Notes: generated by a model from the letters alone, not told the origin. A DNA stretch of 64,000 nucleotides from a virus (IMGVR_UViG_3300020046_006452:21296-85295), one strand, 5' to 3'. Shown: positions 9,552 to 20,280, numbered from the stretch's first letter. Made by a program: numbers and translations.

Positions 9552-12497
9552 TTAATTATAGCCTACAAACTGTAAAGGAGGGATTCCAGTTACGGGTGGA
9601 GGGGTAACTACACCCTTCATTAGACGTAGTTGATTCTGAAAACCACGAGCCATCTCTCGAACAAAACCTGTTGCACCATCCTCAACCTTAGCACGCATCT
9701 TGGGTGCAAAACCTCCTATGCTTGAACAGGTGTGGGTACTACCAGTTGGTCCGGTCCAGGTTGCTCCAGTCCATAGAGCGCGTGCAGATAGGCCTAATAC
9801 TGCACTCATAATAGTACCATCTAGATTAAGACCCTTACCAGCACGGTGCTTGGCGTCCTTACGAGCACCCTTGTGTATCTTATCGAGCTTTGCTTTAAGA
9901 GCTTTGATGGCACTATCAACCAGCTTTTTAACACTCCTACCAATCCAATTGATCAGTTGACCCACCAACTTTGCAAGAGCTTTCATACACATTAAGATTA
10001 GGGACTGTTGCTTCAGTAGACCTGCAGAAATCTTTTTCAGCTCGGTGTAAGCGGAGAAGAACAGTCCACAAGTATCCCCATCAGCTAATGCTTGCTGGTA
10101 CCTTCGCTTGAGATTTCGATCCTCCAGTATTGTCTGTATCAGTTGGCGAGTAGTTCGTAGCACTCTCTTCTCCACATCCACCAATCGGTTAGTAGCTGAT
10201 ATATCCTGCATCACTGATGAAGTGGCAACTTGTCCAGCCTGTTTAAGCTCCTTAAGAGTGCGGGGTGGTGTTTTTGTGAATTGGCGGATCGCCTCAACAC
10301 TTCTAGACTCAGCTGGAGAGATGGGCGTTGTAACTCCTTTTATGGAATCGAGCGCGCGATCAAATTCAGCACGGGCTTGGCCACGTAGGGTGCTAGATGT
10401 TTGTACTAGAGTTGAAGCAATTGACTCAATCACCATCAGAGATTGGAAGTTACTGTTGAACTTACCTTGTTCAGCAACCAATTGTTGTTGAGCTGCAGGC
10501 GATTTCCCTTGCCTTTTGTAACCGTATAAGGCATTGGATAGCTTAGTGATTGAGCTTTGATTCTCGGATAGCTTAAACCTACCTTGAGCTATGTTAGCTG
10601 TTAGAGCAACTAATGCTGGAGTTGCTTGAGCTAGACTAGCAAGCTTCTTGGTGGTACTTTTGATTCGAGCGAGCTTCTCCTTTGCTGCGCGGGCCTTTGC
10701 TTGACGTGCGTTCTTCTTACTGATTGGGTCGCGCGAGGCACTTGGGACAGGTATTAAATTCAAAGCAAGATTGCTTAACGCCTTGCCCACCTTCCTTAGT
10801 GTGTTTTTGATCAGAGATTCTAGCTGGGCGACAAACTTCTTTAGCCAAGCAGCTATCTTGGCCAGCTTTGGCTTAAGCCACCTAACAATACGCTCAAGTA
10901 GACACTTTATTGAAGCAGTTCTCTCAGACAACCACAGACGCACTCCGGTTCTCTTAGGTCGAGCCTTACCCCCAAAAAGAGTATTGACATCCCCCTGAGC
11001 CGCGGCTACCTCAGCTCCTAGGGTTTCAATCTCCAACCCGTAGTTCTTGTATCGAGCCCTCCTCCTTTCAAGCAAAGTAATCACCTCCTTAGCACTAGAT
11101 CCTGTCTCTACTACTAACTTTGCAGTTAGTTGGTAGAATGGACCCAACCCATTACCCTCCATGTAATCACTCAACTTATCTAGCTCTATCTTGGTACTAT
11201 TACCATCTGCTCTAGCTTGATCCAGATCATCGACAGTATTCTGCAGGGATGCCACTCTGGCGCGCTGCCTAATCAAATCAGACTTGAGTTGAGGAATCTC
11301 CTGCTGTACAGCCAAGGTAAGTGCTGTAATTTTAGTTCCAATAGAGACTGTTCTCTTGATCAAACTCTTACCAGCCTTGGCACGTGCAGTCTGCTTAGCA
11401 ATCTGATCAGAGTTGCTCTTCTTAGCCCTCTTGACTGTCTTATTAGCGCGCTTGAACAAACCACTCCTCTTACCTTCCTCTGACTTAGTATTATAGGTCT
11501 TAACCTTAGCTGACAGCTTGTTCTGTAGCTTAATGATCTTAGGTTGTAGCTTGTTGTGTAGGTTAGTCCTTAGATCCCGCATTGAAGCCTTCAACCTAAC
11601 CAACTTAGGACGAATGAATCGCTCTATGAACGCTATTTGGCGGATTGCTCGTGCAAACCTATTGAACTTAGCGGACTGTCTCTCTAGATTGTTGGCATAG
11701 TCTATGAATAGGTTGGGTTGCAGTGGTATCTGTACGAAAGTCAGGACTTCCTTTACCGCTTTGGTTAACCTCTTAGTTAGGTGTTGCTTGATTAGAGCTT
11801 CACGTCTACTTGAATCTAGAACCCTATCTGAGTCCCGAGTCTGCTGAACTAGGAAGGAAGATAATCGCGCTAGGCCAGCCTTATCTGTGACCGAGAAACT
11901 ACGAAGGGTCTCCATCATCCTAAGTTCACTCGCAAATAGTTGATTGAAATCCTGAGAGGACATACTAGCTGCGAATTCGGTTGTTCGGATGCTCTCTAGT
12001 AGATTATCAATCTGATTAACCTGATCCTTAATGAACAACTTAACCCCATCATCTAGATCTTTAAGGAAGGTGGGTAGTTGAGCTAGCTCCGCGGTTACTG
12101 ATTTGATCTGATCATTTATGGTCTTGATGCGCGCAGTAGTTGCCCTAACCTTTCTTAGCAACTGCTTAATTGTAGAGATCGTAGACTCGATTGAACCCCG
12201 CTGCAGCTTCAACTCCTTAACAGCGAAATAGGCGTGTATCACATTATACATGGGCTGTCTCCTAGCCTCAGCTGTAGTGAATGGAACTACACCTATGGTA
12301 AATGGGGGAGGTGGACCTCCAGGATTTAATCCAGGTGCGGGTAGTACAGGTGCAACACCACTAGGCATTCCCAGCTTAATGGTATTGAGGTAGTTGGTTG
12401 TTATGGCATTTGCCCAACTTCGAGCATCACTTATACCACCAGCATCTAGTTGTGCAAGTAGAGGTTGTGTGAAGGTAGCTTCAAAGTTGTAAGGCAT
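9552..12497 (-). CDS. tape measure-like protein (coiled-coil, K/A/L/R-rich)
   Basis: 981 aa, largely predicted helix/coiled coil, Pro/Gly-rich N-terminus; position upstream of baseplate genes. Confidence 0.45.
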   Translation of the reverse strand: MPYNFEATFTQPLLAQLDAGGISDARSWANAITTNYLNTIKLGMPSGVAPVLPAPGLNPGGPPPPFTIGVVPFTTAEARRQPMYNVIHAYFAVKELKLQRGSIESTISTIKQLLRKVRATTARIKTINDQIKSVTAELAQLPTFLKDLDDGVKLFIKDQVNQIDNLLESIRTTEFAASMSSQDFNQLFASELRMMETLRSFSVTDKAGLARLSSFLVQQTRDSDRVLDSSRREALIKQHLTKRLTKAVKEVLTFVQIPLQPNLFIDYANNLERQSAKFNRFARAIRQIAFIERFIRPKLVRLKASMRDLRTNLHNKLQPKIIKLQNKLSAKVKTYNTKSEEGKRSGLFKRANKTVKRAKKSNSDQIAKQTARAKAGKSLIKRTVSIGTKITALTLAVQQEIPQLKSDLIRQRARVASLQNTVDDLDQARADGNSTKIELDKLSDYMEGNGLGPFYQLTAKLVVETGSSAKEVITLLERRRARYKNYGLEIETLGAEVAAAQGDVNTLFGGKARPKRTGVRLWLSERTASIKCLLERIVRWLKPKLAKIAAWLKKFVAQLESLIKNTLRKVGKALSNLALNLIPVPSASRDPISKKNARQAKARAAKEKLARIKSTTKKLASLAQATPALVALTANIAQGRFKLSENQSSITKLSNALYGYKRQGKSPAAQQQLVAEQGKFNSNFQSLMVIESIASTLVQTSSTLRGQARAEFDRALDSIKGVTTPISPAESRSVEAIRQFTKTPPRTLKELKQAGQVATSSVMQDISATNRLVDVEKRVLRTTRQLIQTILEDRNLKRRYQQALADGDTCGLFFSAYTELKKISAGLLKQQSLILMCMKALAKLVGQLINWIGRSVKKLVDSAIKALKAKLDKIHKGARKDAKHRAGKGLNLDGTIMSAVLGLSARALWTGATWTGPTGSTHTCSSIGGFAPKMRAKVEDGATGFVREMARGFQNQLRLMKGVVTPPPVTGIPPLQFVGYN

Positions 12498-12499
12498 AA

Positions 12500-13774
12500 C
12501 TATGCAGGTAACCCAGAGAGTCCTAAATCAGAGTAAAAGCGATTGGCATTGGTATCTGCCAATACTGCATAGGGCCCGGCTGGGGCTCGATCTGGAAGAT
12601 ACTCAAAATGCCACTCCTCGCTGGCCACCGTACGTACGAATCCAAACCTATGTGCATTGTTAACCAACCAAACGTAGACACTAGTGTTGAGGTGCGGTCG
12701 AGAGCTGGTGTTTAGATCTAAAGCCAATCCAGAACCGTGCTTGGAGCTGCCAGGGCGGGCTGCTGTTGGTTGGAATCGATTGGAAGGAGCATTCATGATA
12801 AAGTCCTGATCATTACCTGGCCAGGTCGATCTGTTACGCCAAGTAGAGCGCTTGCTGCGGATACCTTCCTGGGTGGTAATAGCGATCTGACGGCCTTTAG
12901 TAGATTCCGCACTAGTGTTCGGACCGAATGCCGGGCGGAAGCCTGAGACTATCTGAAGAGTAACTCCCTGCTGCTTTGCAGCGTCTCTCAAAGCAAAGTA
13001 AGCCTCAGCTAAACCTTCAGTGATTATCTTGTCATTGATAACGAGTAACCTAGGGCGGTTGCCATTGTTATCCTGTACAGGAGTGCCAATCAAGTACTCT
13101 GCGTCTGTTGGTATTCCTGTGGAGGAAGGTCCTATATCTCCTAGTACCATTTGGTTTGTGGTGGTGATGGGTTGAGTTGGAACGCTAGCCTGATAGGTAG
13201 ACACAACATCTACGATGGAAGTACCAGCCTGGATTTGCTGCTTTATCTTACCTAGACCCACGTAGTACAATCCCACATCACCATACAGCAAGAATCCATA
13301 CAGCAGGCTATTATTGAGCAACCAACCCTGCACCTCCATCGATTTGATTGATTGAGGTGGATCTGGGATAACGAAGCGGCCTGTTCTACGAGGATCGCGA
13401 TCGGGTAGATTAGGTGGGTAGTATATCGACGTCGAGGAGTTTGTTACAGATATCTGATCCTGCGGTAGGGGTGGTTCAAACTGAGTAGATCTAAGGTCCT
13501 TAAGATAATCCTCAAACTCACGGTACTCAGCTGATCCAGATATCTGCCTATTGAGTAGATCCGAGAACCTTGTGTCTGGTGGATTCTTGTCCTTGACAAG
13601 CAGCTTCAATTCCTCCAGTACCTCATATCGTGAGCGATATCCCTCAGACAACCCAATCGTCACTCCAGTGTCTTCCAACAACTCTGCGGCCAGTATCTTA
13701 AACTGACTTAACACCTCGTTAACAGTGATCACACTGTTACCAACTTCCACTACCCTAGAACGTATATCGGACAT
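12500..13774 (-). CDS. tail-associated peptidoglycan hydrolase, C-terminal peptidase M15 (VanY/L-Ala-D-Glu peptidase-like) domain
   Basis: 424 aa; C-terminus has SKHGSGLALDL and EEWHFEY resembling the SxHxxGxAxD / ExxH zinc-binding motifs of M15 peptidases. Confidence 0.5.
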   Translation of the reverse strand: MSDIRSRVVEVGNSVITVNEVLSQFKILAAELLEDTGVTIGLSEGYRSRYEVLEELKLLVKDKNPPDTRFSDLLNRQISGSAEYREFEDYLKDLRSTQFEPPLPQDQISVTNSSTSIYYPPNLPDRDPRRTGRFVIPDPPQSIKSMEVQGWLLNNSLLYGFLLYGDVGLYYVGLGKIKQQIQAGTSIVDVVSTYQASVPTQPITTTNQMVLGDIGPSSTGIPTDAEYLIGTPVQDNNGNRPRLLVINDKIITEGLAEAYFALRDAAKQQGVTLQIVSGFRPAFGPNTSAESTKGRQIAITTQEGIRSKRSTWRNRSTWPGNDQDFIMNAPSNRFQPTAARPGSSKHGSGLALDLNTSSRPHLNTSVYVWLVNNAHRFGFVRTVASEEWHFEYLPDRAPAGPYAVLADTNANRFYSDLGLSGLPA

Positions 13775-15423
13775 TAGACTGGATCGTTGTAAAGTGGATT
13801 GGTCTGGTAAAAGTCGTCCATATCTGTTAGAGGAGTGGTCGGGGCAGCAGAGGCTTCTCCTACAGCAGTTGCGGAGCGTTCATCAGGTGGAGGTGTACTA
13901 GATGGTGCTGGACCTGGTGACGGATCGCTAGATTCATGACTGACTCCGTCAACGTAAGCAAAGGTACTCTTTATCTCAGGTAAGCGTGCTTGAAGTACAG
14001 CCAGCTCATGCAAGGTATCCTCACTAAAGTAAGCTGATCCAACTGAGCTTAGTATGGTCGAATTCCGAATCGTTAGAATCAGGTCCTCGAGGATATCAAC
14101 CAACTTACTACCCAACACCATTGGTTCATATTCCAGATCACGAGTACTACTTGGTATCGCCTCTCCTTTATTGGGTAGACCTAGGAATACACCATCTTCA
14201 CCATACAAGGTTACTGTGGAGTCAGACTCAACGTTAATCGGGTTGGGTGAAGAGATTGCTACTCCTGCACCACCAAACAACATCAGATAGTCCGTACGAG
14301 TGTTGAGTATGATCCTATCACTATTCAGTATTAACTGACTGCCACCAAAGGTATTGACCTTACCTCCCTCACCATTTCTTAGTGACAGCAGTTGATCTAG
14401 ATTGCTTGGTGCACCTCCATCCCCTTGGGTTTGGTTGGATGTAGGTACTGCAGCTTGATCTACTTCAGGTACGAGGGCGGCAGCCGAGAAAGTGTCTTGG
14501 TAGGTTTTACCGAGAGCTTTGAGGTTGTTATCTTCATTGGGATCAACTCTAGAGTAGGAACCATCCTCGTTGAGATTGAACTTACTGTTGATCTGAGTTA
14601 GGGTAGCTAGTTGAGAATCGCTGTCTGATAATAGTCGATCGGTCCAGTTCTGCTGCCAAACACCCAGCGGATTAGAATCCACTGGAGTGGTGATAGATTT
14701 GATCCACTGCTCTCGGACCTTGATTGCATTAGCAGAGAATCGAGCACCACCTCCCTCTACAACGGCAGTTGAATTTGCAGTCCAGGAAGTAGCATAAGTA
14801 CTGGGAAATGGACTTGGTGCTCCTGTGGGAGTTTGCACTGAGGATAGCTCGGTAGCATTGAATGATCCATCCTGAGGATTGGTCTCGAAGGCCCATTGTG
14901 CTAACAGATACCCAGCACAAGGGTCTACGGTCATGATTTGAACCGGGTAGAATGCCTGTGAGGAGCACGCAAGAGCAAGATAAAAGAGAGAGCTTATTCT
15001 ACTACTGGTACACAGTGAGAATAGTAGGTGTTTCTTCAATGACTCATCAGTCCTCCAATCGAATTGATTGATGGCATGGGCCTCGTAGGCCACACTACCA
15101 AACGCAGTGGTGATGAAAATTAGATCGAAGAAGCTCTCAAGAGTTTGCGTACTAACTCCGTTCATAGTACCACCACTAGTAGAGCTTCCTGGGCTCATTG
15201 GTGTATCCTGCCAACCCCTATCCCTCTGTGTGTTTGAAGGAAGTATGATGGTGTCTAATAGTGATACAAGTGACTCGCGGCTGAGGTAACCTCTACTTTG
15301 CTGCAATCCCTGATCTAGCAGTCTATTGTATATTGTACTATAGGCAGTGGGATCGAGATCGATCAACGTCACCAGATCCTGAATGGTCTGCTCTAGTACC
15401 GGGTTGATTGCTGTCTCTGCCAC
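13774..15423 (-). CDS. tail/baseplate structural protein (hub or spike candidate)
   Basis: 549 aa, S/T/G-rich, start overlaps stop of upstream gene. Confidence 0.45.
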   Translation of the reverse strand: MAETAINPVLEQTIQDLVTLIDLDPTAYSTIYNRLLDQGLQQSRGYLSRESLVSLLDTIILPSNTQRDRGWQDTPMSPGSSTSGGTMNGVSTQTLESFFDLIFITTAFGSVAYEAHAINQFDWRTDESLKKHLLFSLCTSSRISSLFYLALACSSQAFYPVQIMTVDPCAGYLLAQWAFETNPQDGSFNATELSSVQTPTGAPSPFPSTYATSWTANSTAVVEGGGARFSANAIKVREQWIKSITTPVDSNPLGVWQQNWTDRLLSDSDSQLATLTQINSKFNLNEDGSYSRVDPNEDNNLKALGKTYQDTFSAAALVPEVDQAAVPTSNQTQGDGGAPSNLDQLLSLRNGEGGKVNTFGGSQLILNSDRIILNTRTDYLMLFGGAGVAISSPNPINVESDSTVTLYGEDGVFLGLPNKGEAIPSSTRDLEYEPMVLGSKLVDILEDLILTIRNSTILSSVGSAYFSEDTLHELAVLQARLPEIKSTFAYVDGVSHESSDPSPGPAPSSTPPPDERSATAVGEASAAPTTPLTDMDDFYQTNPLYNDPV

Positions 15424-15431
15424 AAGTATAA

Positions 15432-16334
15432 CTAAGGTTGTAGTGAATTGACAATGCCCTCAGCAGCTAGCTTAGTCTTATCCTCCACTCCCAAAACATG
15501 GGACCAGGTCTTCATCCTCGAGGCGCACGATAGATTAACCTCAACTCGTTGACTTGAGCACATATAAATAGAGCTATCATCCGTGTTTGGATCTTCCTTG
15601 ATGAACATCTGGTTCGCGCTAGTTGTGTTGTTACGATCAACTCGGAGTACTAAAATGGGATCACCAGACATTCCCGGGGCCCCTGTACCAACTGCCGACC
15701 ATGGAGCATCTGTAACTGCAGAGGTTGATCCAAATCGTACCGTGTTACCAAAGCGACCTTGAAGGATGAAGTCCCCCTCATAAGGCCTAAGTTGCTTGAA
15801 GATCTTGACTTGGTTATCTGAGTCCTTGAACATGGACAAGTCTCCCACCTTCTGATCGAATCGTGCTTGGGCTTCTTGCACAGGAACAACTCTACCCTTT
15901 TCTAGTACCTTTTCATTGTGGCCCATGAAAGGGTGACTGTTGTAGGTAATGTTCATCTGGGATGAAACTACCATACTGTAGAACGGGATCGAGCTCAGTT
16001 GGTCCTTATCAGCACTCCTACGTTGCTGATCTCCAATTGCCGAGTAGATCATCACCTGCTCTCCTGGCAGCGGATACCGACTAATCGATCGATCTAGGGG
16101 ATAGGCAATGGTAGTGACCTCATTCTCGAAGTTCCTACCGTAGGCCTCACCAATACCAACTAGACGAAATCGGATTACTCCTATGTCACTAGGATCTTTG
16201 TATAGTGGTGAACTCTCATCCATACACACATCCAGAACCTGGGCTGGAGAGACAGCTAGCTGCTGTCTTGCACTCGCATTACCATTAGGGGCCCCAGATT
16301 TGTAGTTATCCCCTAGGCCTAGGAACAAGCTCAT
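15432..16334 (-). CDS. tail/baseplate structural protein
   Basis: 300 aa ORF in tail block. Confidence 0.45.
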   Translation of the reverse strand: MSLFLGLGDNYKSGAPNGNASARQQLAVSPAQVLDVCMDESSPLYKDPSDIGVIRFRLVGIGEAYGRNFENEVTTIAYPLDRSISRYPLPGEQVMIYSAIGDQQRRSADKDQLSSIPFYSMVVSSQMNITYNSHPFMGHNEKVLEKGRVVPVQEAQARFDQKVGDLSMFKDSDNQVKIFKQLRPYEGDFILQGRFGNTVRFGSTSAVTDAPWSAVGTGAPGMSGDPILVLRVDRNNTTSANQMFIKEDPNTDDSSIYMCSSQRVEVNLSCASRMKTWSHVLGVEDKTKLAAEGIVNSLQP

Positions 16335-16705
16335 TTAGAGCGATCCATTAGGTCTTGGGCCTCGTGTAGCAGCTGATCTCTCTCGGTCTTATCTTGAGCA
16401 AGAAGCTGCTGCCTCTCCTCCTCAGTTAGCCCCAATTCCTCGGTTTTTCCCCGATCTGCGGTGACCAACAAGCGTTGGATGATGCCTGTCAGCCTAACTA
16501 AGTTATCGTCGTTCTTAACCGATATTTCGAGGTACTCTTTGATCAAAGGGACCATCATGGAAGCTTCACTTAGGGTATTGACCATGCCACTAAGCTGATC
16601 CACTAGACCCTTGATTTGGCTCTCCTTCTTCTTAGTGTTGGTGTACACATCCCTCATCAAATCTGCGAAGGACTTGTCATCAAATAGTAGCGAATCTTTG
16701 TCCAT
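16331..16705 (-). CDS. hypothetical coiled-coil protein (first gene of tail block)
   Basis: 124 aa; preceded by 145-bp intergenic region. Confidence 0.4.
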   Translation of the reverse strand: MDKDSLLFDDKSFADLMRDVYTNTKKKESQIKGLVDQLSGMVNTLSEASMMVPLIKEYLEISVKNDDNLVRLTGIIQRLLVTADRGKTEELGLTEEERQQLLAQDKTERDQLLHEAQDLMDRSK

Positions 16706-16849
16706 ACCTAGGCTGTTTACCTATAGGTAGGAGGCTACCCGATTACCTAGGCTATGCCACTAGGACGGGCGATAACTCAAGGTGATCCTGCTCTATTTGA
16801 TCAAGCTGATCTTGCTCCTGCCCTAATAGAGGAGTGTGAAAACTATAGC

Positions 16850-17092
16850 TCATATGCAGGTAGGTAGATTATCTAGTTGTTCAATATACTCCTCAAGGAC
16901 CTTGATTTGAACGCCTGCCACCCACGCATCTCTATTATCGTAGAAGCCAAGACGTTTCAACTCCTCTGGGTCTGTGGTGGCAGGATCAAATTGATAAGCA
17001 TCTGGATTAGCTCCACCACCAACACTTCTCCAGGCCTGGACCTGAGCTCCTAGCATGGCAGCTAAACTCTCCTTACTGATCTCTATAATCAT
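16850..17092 (-). CDS. hypothetical protein
   Basis: 80 aa, ATGA overlap with sigma-like gene. Confidence 0.35.
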   Translation of the reverse strand: MIIEISKESLAAMLGAQVQAWRSVGGGANPDAYQFDPATTDPEELKRLGFYDNRDAWVAGVQIKVLEEYIEQLDNLPTCI

Positions 17093-17859
17093 CAGTACAC
17101 TCTGTTGTGGAGCAGATGACCGTGCGTTAGGTAGTCCTTATACATCTCCTTGTACTTTCCCTTGATTACCTTAACGATCTTGGTGATTTGAGGGGTAGTT
17201 GTTGGTTTAGGGGAACCACTGATGTCTGATATCTCCCTCACATAGATGTACAGGGCCTTCTTGTTGAACAGCTCCAAGGTATCCCTTCGACGGAATAGTT
17301 CTAAAACGGCAGCAGCTATGTACTTGTCTCCCTTTTTGGGACACAGCCTATCTAGGTTAGCATCCCAGTACTCCACAAAGGTGTTCTGAAACTGTTGTAT
17401 AGCATACTGGCTTTCATCAAATGAATCAGCCACCAACCTATTCTCAAGGCTTGAATCTCCTATGCTGGATAGAGTGTGATGAGAGGTTAGCTTTTTGTAA
17501 TTGGCCTTGTTGCGTTGGATACAGAAGTGCTTGGCTACCATACTGAAGTAGCTGAAGGCCTTTCCACTCTCTGGCTTGAACTTACCTAACTTCTCTACCA
17601 GGAAGCCTACAACCTCCTGCTGTGCTTGTTGGGGAGTTTGATCACCAAAGCGATAGTACTTGAATGTGTTGATGATAAACTCAACCAACTTCTCAAACGG
17701 GGCTCGAATATCCTGTTGATAGATCAAACTACGATCATAAGGATCTTCTGTCGCATTGTAGCGCACAATTGCATCATCCACTGCACTAGTAAAGTAGTAT
17801 CGATCCTTACTAGCGTCCTTACTCTTCCTCCTGGTTCTCTTTGGTTTGGCTGTCTGCAT
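17092..17859 (-). CDS. late-transcription sigma factor, T4 gp55-like
   Basis: 255 aa; QEVVGFLVEKLGKFKPESGKAFSYFSMVAKHFCIQRNKANYKK aligns by eye with the T4 gp55 segment [47 protein letters not shown] (recalled from memory). Confidence 0.5.
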   Translation of the reverse strand: MQTAKPKRTRRKSKDASKDRYYFTSAVDDAIVRYNATEDPYDRSLIYQQDIRAPFEKLVEFIINTFKYYRFGDQTPQQAQQEVVGFLVEKLGKFKPESGKAFSYFSMVAKHFCIQRNKANYKKLTSHHTLSSIGDSSLENRLVADSFDESQYAIQQFQNTFVEYWDANLDRLCPKKGDKYIAAAVLELFRRRDTLELFNKKALYIYVREISDISGSPKPTTTPQITKIVKVIKGKYKEMYKDYLTHGHLLHNRVY

Positions 17860-18133
17860 TGACGTACTTAGTTATGAATAAGTGAAGGTCGTTCACTGCA
17901 CTGTTGATTTCTGTAAACACAAACCCTACCTCATCATCAGCTTTGAATGCTCCGAGGCGATCAACTTCTTGTAACCTCTCTTGAACATCCTTGACTCTAA
18001 AGTACATCGCTGAGATAAAACTCACGTACGCCTCACAGAACAGTTCAAGCTTATCTACCTTACGAGTGTTTATGTACAGGAGATAGCTCAGCCCGCCAAT
18101 CAGTAGGATGCAGAGTAGGAGAATCCAAATCAT
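17819..18133 (-). CDS. small membrane protein
   Basis: 104 aa, N-terminal TM helix. Confidence 0.4.
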   Translation of the reverse strand: MIWILLLCILLIGGLSYLLYINTRKVDKLELFCEAYVSFISAMYFRVKDVQERLQEVDRLGAFKADDEVGFVFTEINSAVNDLHLFITKYVNADSQTKENQEEE

Positions 18134-18882
18134 GGTTTGAACATCTGATTGAATACGCCTTGTAGATCCTTCTTAGTTTCCTCAGTCATAGCCATTGTTG
18201 TGGCTGTACGTTTTTTCTTGTCTGAGGTTGATGATGATTGCTCCCTAACCCAAGCCTCATACTCTACACGAGCTGAGAGCATGTCAGCTTGGTGCAGCAC
18301 ATATGGTAGGTTGGTGCGCAGCCGACTGGTAGGATCGTAGCTAATGTAGTAGCTCTTATTAGCCTCCTCATACAACCCATCATGCAGCTTGATTCCAAAC
18401 CATTCCTGCTCACTGACAGGAATACCCCGATCAGCCAACAACTTCAACGAGCGATCTGGTACAGTCATGAAGCTATTGACTGGATTGTTCTTGTAGTGTT
18501 TGCCTTGATTCTTACGGTGCCACTCTGAATCGTTGATGATATACTGCTCAGCATCCTCAGTACCAATCTTACCTAGATCGTGATTGAGAGCTGCAAATAC
18601 CAGCTCCTCCTTGGTATAGTTGATCGTAGCTCCGAACTCTGCCCACAGATCGAACAAGCGCAACGAGGTCTCAATCACTCGAATTACGTGGTCGACGTAG
18701 CCTCCAGGAAAGCAGTTATGATAGTGCTCAGTACCACTGGCAGGCATAGTGGCAATCCTATCCTCGTGATCTTGATACAGCTTGATCACCAACTCCTTGC
18801 GAGGGCTAGCAATGTAGGTGTTGATGTAACCAAGGAGAGTGTTGTAGTTGTCTTGGATTTGCTCGGGTACTAAGGTCTTCAT
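18130..18882 (-). CDS. HD-domain phosphohydrolase
   Basis: 250 aa; H..HD (ALNHDLGK) ... H ... D (HQADM) pattern of the HD superfamily. Confidence 0.55.
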   Translation of the reverse strand: MKTLVPEQIQDNYNTLLGYINTYIASPRKELVIKLYQDHEDRIATMPASGTEHYHNCFPGGYVDHVIRVIETSLRLFDLWAEFGATINYTKEELVFAALNHDLGKIGTEDAEQYIINDSEWHRKNQGKHYKNNPVNSFMTVPDRSLKLLADRGIPVSEQEWFGIKLHDGLYEEANKSYYISYDPTSRLRTNLPYVLHQADMLSARVEYEAWVREQSSSTSDKKKRTATTMAMTEETKKDLQGVFNQMFKP

Positions 18883-19292
18883 AGCAATTTCTTTTGTAGT
18901 TTCTTGATTTGTGAGTTCAACTTCTTCTGCTTCATTTTCCCAGTCTCCTTCTTGAGTTGGGCTTTGAGTTTGCCTAGGTTTACAAGATCAGCCTCCCGCT
19001 CACGGGCCCGATCTACTTTACTCTTCTTATCAACTGGTACCTTGGGTGGAGTGGCTTCCAAGGTGCCTTTGAGTTTGGGTTGCTCCACACCTCTATGGTA
19101 GACAGTACCATCGGCATGCACGAATTGCTTCATGAACCTCCATCCTCGTGCATAGCCAGTAGTTTTCTTTTTGTAGGCTTGTGGCTCATCGACCATCCCA
19201 GCTACACACTCCCAGCAGGTGACAGCTCCGGCGTTATCACTAACATCGTGCACTATCTGTCCACACAACTTACAACCTAAGATCTTACTCAT
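18879..19292 (-). CDS. zinc-ribbon protein with Lys-rich C-terminus
   Basis: 137 aa; CKLCG...CWEC, basic tail. Confidence 0.4.
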   Translation of the reverse strand: MSKILGCKLCGQIVHDVSDNAGAVTCWECVAGMVDEPQAYKKKTTGYARGWRFMKQFVHADGTVYHRGVEQPKLKGTLEATPPKVPVDKKSKVDRAREREADLVNLGKLKAQLKKETGKMKQKKLNSQIKKLQKKLL

Positions 19293-19329
19293 TTCAACAC
19301 AATACGAAGAAAAAACCGACTTAGCAAAC

Positions 19330-19746
19330 CTAGTTTGGAGAATGAGGTACCATCGAGAAACGGATGTCGATCAACACGGTATAGAACATTCTACCATTGA
19401 TTAGGTGTTGTGTTCTGTAGTATGGAATGTCTCCATTGACCTTGTAACTGTGATCGCACGCATTGTCGATATGGGCCTTCTTGCCGCTAAAGGCAAATAG
19501 CAAATGATCTACCTTAATGTAGTGTAGATCGCGGTAGAATTCATCGGAGACCTCAGCTGGATAAGTTAGTAGCTCGTAGTACTCCATGTACTTGTTGTAC
19601 ACTACCCTCTTTACGCGCTTACCTAATCCGTAGGAGTGAGTGAGAGGCTTTGGTGCAGACAGTCCAAGTGCAGTGCGCGCCTGTTGGAGCTCCTTAGGAG
19701 CATTCCCAATGAACTTAGATTGAACTAGCTTGTGGTAGCAGCTCAT
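19330..19746 (-). CDS. hypothetical protein
   Basis: 138 aa ORF. Confidence 0.4.
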   Translation of the reverse strand: MSCYHKLVQSKFIGNAPKELQQARTALGLSAPKPLTHSYGLGKRVKRVVYNKYMEYYELLTYPAEVSDEFYRDLHYIKVDHLLFAFSGKKAHIDNACDHSYKVNGDIPYYRTQHLINGRMFYTVLIDIRFSMVPHSPN

Positions 19747-20024
19747 TCACTCGCTTGCTTCAGTTTAGCGTTCTTGTGGCTAGGAGGAGGGGTTGTACTT
19801 GACTTGGCGGTGGTTGCCTCTTTGAGAGTAACTACCTCAGCAGATATAGCGTTATTGGCTGCGGTAAGCTGCGCATTGGTCTTCGCAGCATATTCAGCAT
19901 AGTCCTGAGCTACTTTGAACTTCTCCTGCAACTCCTTGCGTTCCTTAAGGAGTTTTGCACGAGATATTAGCAGAGCGGCAACAAAAGCGCCTAGGCAGAC
20001 AGTTGCGATAATGGTGATTATCAT
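19743..20024 (-). CDS. membrane-anchored coiled-coil protein
   Basis: 93 aa, N-terminal TM. Confidence 0.4.
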   Translation of the reverse strand: MIITIIATVCLGAFVAALLISRAKLLKERKELQEKFKVAQDYAEYAAKTNAQLTAANNAISAEVVTLKEATTAKSSTTPPPSHKNAKLKQASE

Positions 20025-20280
20025 GGGTGGTATGTTGTTGTTTGTATACGAACATGATACGCCCTTTTTTGCAGTAAGTCAACGCAGACTATCCTTGTCC
20101 TGCGTATGGCTTGCTATAATTTTTAGAGCGACGGTTTTTCGATGTCTTAGACTTAGCGTGCACCCCTGGCCTCTTCCTTCGAGACTTCACCATCAACACT
20201 CCACTTGAAGATACCTTTGCCATTGTCTGCCGGGTTACTTTATCCCCTTATACGTAGGGCTACCCTCGAAAAAGATGCAA

